Both the position numbers and the translations under genes were made by a program. A stretch of 47,073 nucleotides of DNA. Origin: a virus. The stretch lies in the IMG/VR virus record IMGVR_UViG_3300029928_000218. One strand, given 5' to 3'. The notes below the pieces were generated by a model. It saw only the letters and a program-made list of their open reading frames with translations, did no database searches and was not told the origin of the DNA. This document shows, piece by piece, positions 27,643 through 33,949 of the stretch. How positions within the stretch are numbered: the first letter of the stretch is position 1; every line of letters starts with the position of its first letter.

Positions 27643-28223
27643 CTCCTGCTCCCGGAGGCCCGTTTGGCGTTCCTCGATTTAGTATTGGGGGATTTAGCGT
27701 TCCTGGACTTGGCGTTGGAGGACTTGGACGGCTGCTTTCTCGCCGGAGATTTAGCGCGGGTCTTGGAATTGCTCCTGGGACGGAGATTCTTGGAACACTC
27801 GAACGCCAACAACTGCTCGAACTCGTCCGGCAGATCGTAGTACTTCGAATCCTCGATGATGTATCCGCTGTAGTCGCGCCCGAACTTCTGGCAGCCTTTC
27901 ACGTAGGCGTCGTAGCTTATCGATTCGTAGTGTCCGCTGCCGTCCTTCTCGAAATACTGGTCGTAGGGATCGAAATCGTAAGGATGGTCCTTTGCGGACC
28001 CATATCCCGCCACGAAGGCATCCCATGGATCCATCCCATGGACCTCGTCGTACTGCTGGTCGCTGGTCAGCATACCATTGGGATCGTCCGATGCTGGCCA
28101 CATCTCCTGGGCCACCGCTACCGCTCCTTCTGGATTGAGCTTCATCCATTCCGCGACGGCATCCTCCTTCGAATAGCTCGGATCCGTCTTCAGCTTCTTC
28201 TTTATCGCTTCCAATCCTGTCAT
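27639..28223 (-). CDS. Acidic-domain/basic-tail paralogue 5 of 5
   Basis: EWMKLNPEGAVAVAQEMWP...YFEKDGSGHYES; tail of SxNAK repeats. Confidence 0.75.
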   Translation of the reverse strand: MTGLEAIKKKLKTDPSYSKEDAVAEWMKLNPEGAVAVAQEMWPASDDPNGMLTSDQQYDEVHGMDPWDAFVAGYGSAKDHPYDFDPYDQYFEKDGSGHYESISYDAYVKGCQKFGRDYSGYIIEDSKYYDLPDEFEQLLAFECSKNLRPRSNSKTRAKSPARKQPSKSSNAKSRNAKSPNTKSRNAKRASGSRR

Positions 28224-28244
28224 TCTATCACTTTTCTAAAACTT

Positions 28245-28430
28245 CTGAAACGTTTGGGAACCATCGGATGGAAAAAAAATCCGAGTTCATCTTCTCCTTG
28301 CCTGGGAAGGCTTCCTGTTAGGGGAGGCCTTGGCGTTCCTGGATTTCGCGTTGGAGGACTTGGACGGCTGCTTTCTCGCGGAGGATTTCGCGCGGGTCTT
28401 GGAAACGCTCCTGGGGCGGAGATTGGCCGA
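28245..28430. repeat. Repeated gene-tail / hairpin / operator block, copy 1 (others start at 28884 and 30107)
   Basis: CTGAAACGTTTGGGAACCATCGGATGGAAAAA...TCCGA...CATCT...TTGCCTGGGAAGGCTTCCTGTT recurs at three junctions of the paralogue array. Confidence 0.8.
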
Positions 28431-28862
28431 TCTGTCGGACCATAGCGCGATGATCTGCTTGAGTTCGCGTGGAATGATGCCCGAATAGCTGGCATCTTCC
28501 AGAATGCCGTAGATTCCGAAATCCTCCATGAAGGACAAGCATTCCTTGCGGTATCCGTCCTCGTCGAAGGAACGGATGTTCTCGTGATCGTCGATCTGGA
28601 AGTACGGTTCGTCGAAACTGAATTTTTTCGTGTAGTATCCGATCTGGAACGCTGCAAACGGTTCATAGCTTCCAATGAATTCCTCGAACCTGTCGTAGGT
28701 CATGGGGAAGGTATTGGAGACATCGCTGTAAGGCCAGATTTCCTCGGCCAGCTCCACCGCGTCGTCGGGATGCGCGGCGAGCCATTCCTTTACGGCATCA
28801 TCGACGGCATACGTCGGATCATTCGCCCTTTTCCTTTTGAAATATTCGTAGTTCTTTATCAT
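28287..28862 (-). CDS. Acidic-domain/basic-tail paralogue 4 of 5
   Basis: MIKNYEYFKRKRANDPTY...EWLAAHPDDAVELAEEIWP. Confidence 0.75.
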   Translation of the reverse strand: MIKNYEYFKRKRANDPTYAVDDAVKEWLAAHPDDAVELAEEIWPYSDVSNTFPMTYDRFEEFIGSYEPFAAFQIGYYTKKFSFDEPYFQIDDHENIRSFDEDGYRKECLSFMEDFGIYGILEDASYSGIIPRELKQIIALWSDRSANLRPRSVSKTRAKSSARKQPSKSSNAKSRNAKASPNRKPSQARRR

Positions 28863-28883
28863 CGCATCGTTTTCCTGAAATTT

Positions 28884-28896
28884 CTGAAACGTTTGG
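28884..28896. promoter_or_regulatory. Palindromic operator copy
   Basis: CTGAA-ACG-TTTGG just upstream of the 28862 start; identical copies at 28245-28257 and 30107-30119. Confidence 0.6.
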
Positions 28897-28926
28897 GAAC
28901 CATCGGATGGAAAAAGATTCCGACGC

Positions 28927-29559
28927 TCATCTTCTCCTTGCCTGGGAAGGCTTCCTGTTGGGGGAGACTTTCGCGTTCCCGGACTTGGCGTTGGGGGATT
29001 TTGCCTTGGCGTTCTTGGACTGGCTGGCGTTCTCGCGTTTCTTGGAAGGGGCCTTCTTGGCAGCCGTGCCGCACGAACCGCGCCCGCAATTCCCCTTACG
29101 GGCCGTTGGCCGTATGTTCTCGGTCCTGACGGTCGCTTCCCAGAGAGCAAGCACCTCGGCCAGCTCCTTGGGGGCCGGGTACTTCTTGTCGATGACTATC
29201 GGCTCGAAACCCTCGTCGCGCATGAAATTGACGCACGCCCGTTCATACTTCCAGTCGGGGAGCGAGCTGAAGTGGCCGTTTCCGTCCTTCACGAAGTATT
29301 CGTCGGAATTGTCTACGTTCGGATAGGAGAAGTATCCGGCGAAGAACACGTCCATCACATCATCGAGACTTTGGAGATCGGCGCGCATCTCGTCCCAGCT
29401 CATAGGGAACGTTTCCGGGTCCTCTTCGGGCCAGATCTTCTCGGCGAGTTCGACGGCGACATCGGGATGGTCTCCGATCCACTCCCTGAAGGCCTCGTAT
29501 GCGCCGTAGGACGGGTCGGACCTTCTGACGTAGCGGTAGTAGTCCATATCGGCTACCAT
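28927..29559 (-). CDS. Acidic-domain/basic-tail paralogue 3 of 5
   Basis: EWIGDHPDVAVELAEKIWP...YFVKDGNGHFSS; Cys-containing basic tail. Confidence 0.75.
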   Translation of the reverse strand: MVADMDYYRYVRRSDPSYGAYEAFREWIGDHPDVAVELAEKIWPEEDPETFPMSWDEMRADLQSLDDVMDVFFAGYFSYPNVDNSDEYFVKDGNGHFSSLPDWKYERACVNFMRDEGFEPIVIDKKYPAPKELAEVLALWEATVRTENIRPTARKGNCGRGSCGTAAKKAPSKKRENASQSKNAKAKSPNAKSGNAKVSPNRKPSQARRR

Positions 29560-30085
29560 CTCGACGCCTCACGTTCCTGGATTTGACGGATCTCGATCTG
29601 GCATTGGGCGACTTGGCGTTCTTGGATTTCGTGCTGGAAGACTTGCCAGCCTTACTCTTCGGCCAGAGTTCGATTATCTGCCTAAGCTCCCTCGGAATGT
29701 CGTAGGAGAACCTGTCCGTATCCACGTAGTCGCATCCCCTCCTGGCCATGAAGTCGATGCACGCGACGCGGTATCCGTCGCGGCTCATGGACCGGAAGGT
29801 TCCGTTGCCGCACTCCTGGAAGTACGGGTCCGACCTGTCCAGGTGCTCCGAGGCGTATCCGGCGAAAAGCGTCTCCACCGGATCGTATCTGCATTCCGCC
29901 ATCATGTCGCACAGCTCCCCGTATGTCATGGGGCAAGTGGATAGTTCGACGGCGGGCCAGATCGTCTTGGCGATGTCCACCGCGTCGTCGGGATGGGCGG
30001 AGAGCCATTCCTTTATCGCCGCGGCCCTCGTGAACGATGGGTTCCTGGCCTTCTTGCTTTTGAAATATTCGTAGTTCTTCATCAT
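29360..30085 (-). CDS. Acidic-domain/basic-tail paralogue 2 of 5 (3' end runs about 200 nt into the next gene)
   Basis: MMKNYEYFKSKK...EWLSAHPDDAVDIAKTIWP; homology ends near 29560. Confidence 0.7.
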   Translation of the reverse strand: MMKNYEYFKSKKARNPSFTRAAAIKEWLSAHPDDAVDIAKTIWPAVELSTCPMTYGELCDMMAECRYDPVETLFAGYASEHLDRSDPYFQECGNGTFRSMSRDGYRVACIDFMARRGCDYVDTDRFSYDIPRELRQIIELWPKSKAGKSSSTKSKNAKSPNARSRSVKSRNVRRRDGSRYGLLPLRQKVRPVLRRIRGLQGVDRRPSRCRRRTRREDLARRGPGNVPYELGRDARRSPKSR

Positions 30086-30106
30086 CTCATCGTTTTCCTG
30101 GATTTT

Positions 30107-30119
30107 CTGAAACGTTTGG
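30107..30119. promoter_or_regulatory. Palindromic operator copy
   Basis: CTGAA-ACG-TTTGG upstream of the 30085 start. Confidence 0.6.
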
Positions 30120-30148
30120 GAACCATCGGATGGAAAAAAATCCGACGC

Positions 30149-30730
30149 TCATCTCCTTCTTGCCTGGGAAGGCTTCCTGTTGGGGGAGGCCTTGGCGTTC
30201 CTCGATTTCGCGTTGGACGGCTTCCGGGCAGTCTTCTTGGCCGGCCGTCTTCTCGAAGCACCGCACTTCCCGCAGCCCTTGCATCCGCCCGGGCATCTGG
30301 GACGGAAGTTGTTAGAAGTCCCGTTCCACAGCGCGATTATCCTTTCCAGCTCCCTCGGAGCCTCGATATCCTCGTCCAAAATCGCCTCGCATCCCTCGTC
30401 CAGCATGAAGTCCATGCAGGCGTCGATGTACTCGGCGCGGCTCAACGATCTGAAATGATCGCCTACCAGTTCCAGATACGGATCGGATCCGTTCAAATGC
30501 TCCGATGCGTATCCGGCCAGGACGAACTGGATCGGGTCCCAGTATCCGAGGCATCTCTTCAATTCCTCGTGGGTCATGGGCCGTCCGTATCCGTCGATAT
30601 TGGACCATGCCAGCTCCGCGAGCTCCACGGCGTCGTCGGGATGCTCGGACAGCCATTTCCTGACGGCCGCACGCGCGGTGTACGTAGGATCATCCCGCAT
30701 CCTTCTGAAATATTCGAAATCAGCTTTCAT
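30149..30730 (-). CDS. Acidic-domain/basic-tail paralogue 1 of 5
   Basis: KWLSEHPDDAVELAELAW; tail CPGGCKGCGKCG followed by SxNAK repeats. Confidence 0.75.
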   Translation of the reverse strand: MKADFEYFRRMRDDPTYTARAAVRKWLSEHPDDAVELAELAWSNIDGYGRPMTHEELKRCLGYWDPIQFVLAGYASEHLNGSDPYLELVGDHFRSLSRAEYIDACMDFMLDEGCEAILDEDIEAPRELERIIALWNGTSNNFRPRCPGGCKGCGKCGASRRRPAKKTARKPSNAKSRNAKASPNRKPSQARRR

Positions 30731-30888
30731 GTCGTTCCTCTCTCAAATCGTTTCTATCGGAAGGGGGACAGAATCCGATCCGACCGTGGTCCTGGGCCTC
30801 TCCATCGGGGCCCGCTTTCCCGTCGATGCCGTCTTCGATTCGCGTCACGTGTCGAAATATCCGATACTCGCCCCCTTTTGACGAATGT

Positions 30889-30901
30889 CCAAAACGTTCA
30901 G
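30889..30901. promoter_or_regulatory. Palindromic operator copy
   Basis: CCAAA-ACG-TTCAG upstream of the paralogue array. Confidence 0.5.
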
Positions 30902-31063
30902 AAACTATTCTATTCTTGCGATAGAAGGCGATGGATAGAAGGGAAGGCCCGAACACGTCCGATGGTGCGATCGTCGTTCGGAAGGCGGGGGAGCGCACAG
31001 GAAAAGGATATTGTGCGGTTTGAATCGGGCAGCAATAGAATAAGGGCATCGCGGACCGAGAAC

Positions 31064-31477
31064 TCATCCCGACCCGACGGAATCATGGCCCATCAGCCCC
31101 ACGAGGACGAGCATCCCGTCCGAATAGCAGTAGATGAGCCTCCATCCGCCCCCCACGTCGCAATCCCTCATGTCGCGGCGGTCTCCGAACGTATAGCGGA
31201 CATCGAAGGATGCGGGAAGGCAGTCCCCGCGAGCCAGGATGGATACCGCCCTGTCGATAAGGGATTCGTCCGTTCCCGACGAGCGCATACGCCGGACGTC
31301 CAGCCTGTACCTGTACGAGTCCGTCGGCCTGTGTACGGGTTCCTCCGGGGCGTCGGCGAATCTGAAACGATGCGGATACGTCCTGGCGTACCTCCTGCGG
31401 TCCCTCTCCACTGATCTCAAGCTCCGTTTGAGCGAACGGGTCATGCAGTACTTCACGCCGTCCTCCACGTCTACCAC
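31064..31477 (-). CDS. Divergent YafQ/RelE-like protein with an N-terminal extension
   Basis: AVSILARGDCLPASF...RDCDVGGGWRLIY...LMGH; the HxLxG and ECH histidines are replaced but the terminal His is kept. Confidence 0.55.
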   Translation of the reverse strand: MVDVEDGVKYCMTRSLKRSLRSVERDRRRYARTYPHRFRFADAPEEPVHRPTDSYRYRLDVRRMRSSGTDESLIDRAVSILARGDCLPASFDVRYTFGDRRDMRDCDVGGGWRLIYCYSDGMLVLVGLMGHDSVGSG

Positions 31478-31645
31478 CTTCTACGGTCCGAAACCGAATA
31501 TCCAGATGCGTTTCAGACGGGCCGTGAACCCTTCCTTCGGCGGATCGCGTAGAGACATGGCCGCATCACCGCCCGCCGATGTATTAGTAGGCTCCCGGAA
31601 AACGGTCCGGAAGGGTGTTTATACCGACATCGGAATCCGGAATCC

Positions 31646-32173
31646 ATGTCCGATAATCCCAAAAAGCCCGATCCGAAGGCGGTCCTCCCGTTCGGGGGCC
31701 TCGAATACGATCTTCCGGACGAGTTCATCAGAAAGAACATCGAGGACTACCCATACGTCATGAGCAAGCTGAAGGACTGCCGACGAAAACTATTCTCCGT
31801 GCAAGGCGTCTACTATCGCTTTCACGGGCATTTCTCCGAAATCGGTATCCGAACACGTCCGACGCCCCGTTCGTCCCTCCGCGGGCGTGCGGGACGGTCC
31901 CGTGCGCGATCGCGCGATCCCCAGCCACAGCGTCGCCAATGCGGCGGCCAGCCACAGAAGGCCGCGGCGGTACCTCCCGAACTTTACGGCGACGACCGCG
32001 CCCACGATCTCCCCCGTCAGAACGAGCAGGATCCAGTTGTCCTTCACCCAGTCCACGAGGGGGGATGCCTCTTCGGCGAATCCCGCCAGCGACGATGCCA
32101 ATCCTTCCAATCCCATGCGATCACTCCCGATATCCGTTCCAGGTACGATCCGGCGCCGTTCAATGCGCCGTAA
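31646..32173 (+). CDS. Possible short leaderless gene; only the first ~70 codons look coding
   Basis: TTTATA about 20 nt upstream of the ATG; the 3' part overlaps the antisense TM gene. Confidence 0.3.
   Translation: MSDNPKKPDPKAVLPFGGLEYDLPDEFIRKNIEDYPYVMSKLKDCRRKLFSVQGVYYRFHGHFSEIGIRTRPTPRSSLRGRAGRSRARSRDPQPQRRQCGGQPQKAAAVPPELYGDDRAHDLPRQNEQDPVVLHPVHEGGCLFGESRQRRCQSFQSHAITPDIRSRYDPAPFNAP
31790..32116 (-). CDS. Small two-TM membrane protein
   Basis: GGAGTGA RBS before MGLEGLASS...; WILLVLTGEIVGAVVAV and GLLWLAAALATLWLGIA. Confidence 0.55.
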   Translation of the reverse strand: MGLEGLASSLAGFAEEASPLVDWVKDNWILLVLTGEIVGAVVAVKFGRYRRGLLWLAAALATLWLGIARSRTGPSRTPAEGRTGRRTCSDTDFGEMPVKAIVDALHGE

Positions 32174-32226
32174 GCGGTTTCGGTTGCGCTGGATGCGTTT
32201 ATATGGTCCTCCGTCCATCGAGGTCC

Positions 32227-32912
32227 GAGGCGAACCATATGATATCCCGCGCGCGGTGCGCGGAGTTGTATGGCAATCCCAGGGGGCGAATCCGATTTGG
32301 ATTGTCCGTGCGGCCTGTATTCTACCGTTATGGCGGAAGCAGGTTCCCCCTGTTCTTTCATGTCTTCCTCCTGTGATTCCTTAAATAGCCCCTCAACGAT
32401 GGTAGTTTGAGGCGAACTGCGGGACGACCCTCGCCGCGAGCGAGGACTTCCGTAGCAATCCCAGGGGGCGAATCCATCTCGAATGGGTTGTCCGTGTGGC
32501 CTGTATTCCGCGTAGCGGAAGCAGGTTCCCCCTGTCTTCGTAAATCCTCCGGTAATTTTTTATATAGCTGTCCGGAGATTAGAACTTGAGGCGAACCACT
32601 GGGGGTCCAACCTTCGCGTTGTATCGGCGTCAAGCACTTAAACCCGGTGGCAATCCCAGGGGGCGAATCCGATCTGGATTGTCCGTGTGGCCTGTATTCT
32701 ACCGTTATGGCGGAAGCAGGTTCCCCCTGTTCTCTCATATCATCCTCCTGTGATTCCTTATATAGCCTATCAACGATGGTAACTTGAGGCGAACTGCGGG
32801 ACGACCCTCGCCGCGAGCGAGGACTTCCGTAGCAATCCCAGGGGGCGAATCCGATTCGGATTGTCCGTGCGGCCTGTATTCTACCGTTATGGCGGAAGCA
32901 GGTTCCCCTTGT
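32227..32912 (-). ncRNA. Four-unit structured RNA array downstream of and overlapping DUF3800 copy 2
   Basis: 81-nt cores start at 32273, 32455, 32650 and 32832 (period 182/195/182); each has a variable hairpin, a GTTCGCCTC closer and, for the three upstream units, a TATA-like spacer. Confidence 0.7.
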
Positions 32913-33511
32913 CTTCTCTTTACCGATTTGCTACGCAAATAGCATTGTTCGGGTTTCCTGGCAAACATATTGACGAAAGTGTAGTCAGATTGGTTGATCA
33001 TCCGTCCGACCGCTCCAACGAAGAAATCATTCGTCTGTAATCCGTAGCTCTGTTTTGAATCCAGAACATCGCAAACAACGTCCTTGTCCCGATATTCGTT
33101 ATCCTCGAAGAGTTTGCACACTTTCGTATCGGAGATTCCATCTTTGTGATCCACTTCAACAACCAGATTCCTTGTCTGATTGTATCTCCAAATGATTTCG
33201 TCTGCCAGCGATTGAATCATCATCAGATGGAGTTCAGATTGCTCATAGCAATCAAGTGGGTTTTTCTCTTTGTGATAGCGAATGTAGAACACCTCCGAAA
33301 CGGCCGGTGCTGCGTATTTCAATACCTTCTCACGAAGACGATTATGGGTTGAAAATTTCACTTCCTCGCTTTTCTTCAGCCTCGCCGTGGCATTCTCGAA
33401 CCTCTCCCTGTCGTTGACGACGCACGCCACCAATGTGTAGTAGCGTTCGCCCTTCAGCGATTTTCCGAGATTCCCCGTCTCATCGACGGCCACGTAGATG
33501 TATTCCGTCAC
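32735..33511 (-). CDS. DUF3800-family RNase H-fold protein (copy 2, most canonical)
   Basis: YVAVDETG, VEVDH, DSKQSYGLQTNDFFVGAVG; GTG start with GGTGA RBS. Confidence 0.85.
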   Translation of the reverse strand: MTEYIYVAVDETGNLGKSLKGERYYTLVACVVNDRERFENATARLKKSEEVKFSTHNRLREKVLKYAAPAVSEVFYIRYHKEKNPLDCYEQSELHLMMIQSLADEIIWRYNQTRNLVVEVDHKDGISDTKVCKLFEDNEYRDKDVVCDVLDSKQSYGLQTNDFFVGAVGRMINQSDYTFVNMFARKPEQCYLRSKSVKRRQGEPASAITVEYRPHGQSESDSPPGIATEVLARGEGRPAVRLKLPSLIGYIRNHRRMI

Positions 33512-33515
33512 GGAA

Positions 33516-33836
33516 TCACCACGGCAGCTCCGATTCCAGCGTGCCTTCGATGATCCCTCCCGCGACGAGCGCGGCGATTATGCCCGTGATAAGAACGAAT
33601 CCGATAATCAGTCCGCATACGGCGAACACCGCCCTCCTGGGATTGCCTCCTGCGTAGAACACTATGAACAGCACTATGGCGGCTATCGCCGCCAGCTGGG
33701 GCGACAGTCCCGCCAGAAGGGCCATCCCGCATAGGATAACCTTGTCCGTGTCCCCGCGCATTGCGAAGATGAGCAGCGCCGCCAGAAGCACGATGCCGAT
33801 GATCATCAGCGCCATGATTCCGGCCTCGACAATCAT
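33516..33836 (-). CDS. Small multi-TM membrane protein (candidate virion internal membrane protein)
   Basis: 106 aa, almost entirely hydrophobic; GGAGG RBS; directly downstream of the spike-like gene. Confidence 0.7.
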   Translation of the reverse strand: MIVEAGIMALMIIGIVLLAALLIFAMRGDTDKVILCGMALLAGLSPQLAAIAAIVLFIVFYAGGNPRRAVFAVCGLIIGFVLITGIIAALVAGGIIEGTLESELPW

Positions 33837-33949
33837 GGGTTTTCCTCCCTGTCTCCAATTCGATATCCTCCTTGACGTTCGGTCCGGCCCCGGGATCGGA
33901 GCCGGAAAAGGGTTTGATGGCGCGGATGCCCGCGCCGAAGATGCTAGAA

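Noticed and set aside
30720-31067. 115-aa ORF upstream of the paralogue array
   Set aside because: It spans an operator and an AT-rich promoter-like stretch, with no RBS or motif.
32044-32738. Repeat-peptide genes (MREQGEPASAIT..., MKEQGEP...)
   Set aside because: Not listed as CDS, because offsetting 4-nt indels scramble the peptide while the DNA is conserved. Translation is not excluded, since RBS and ATG are present (see findings).
32227-32912. CRISPR array
   Set aside because: The repeats are 81-nt multi-hairpin cores with internal variable loops, spacers recur (A-B-A) and contain promoters, and no cas genes are present.
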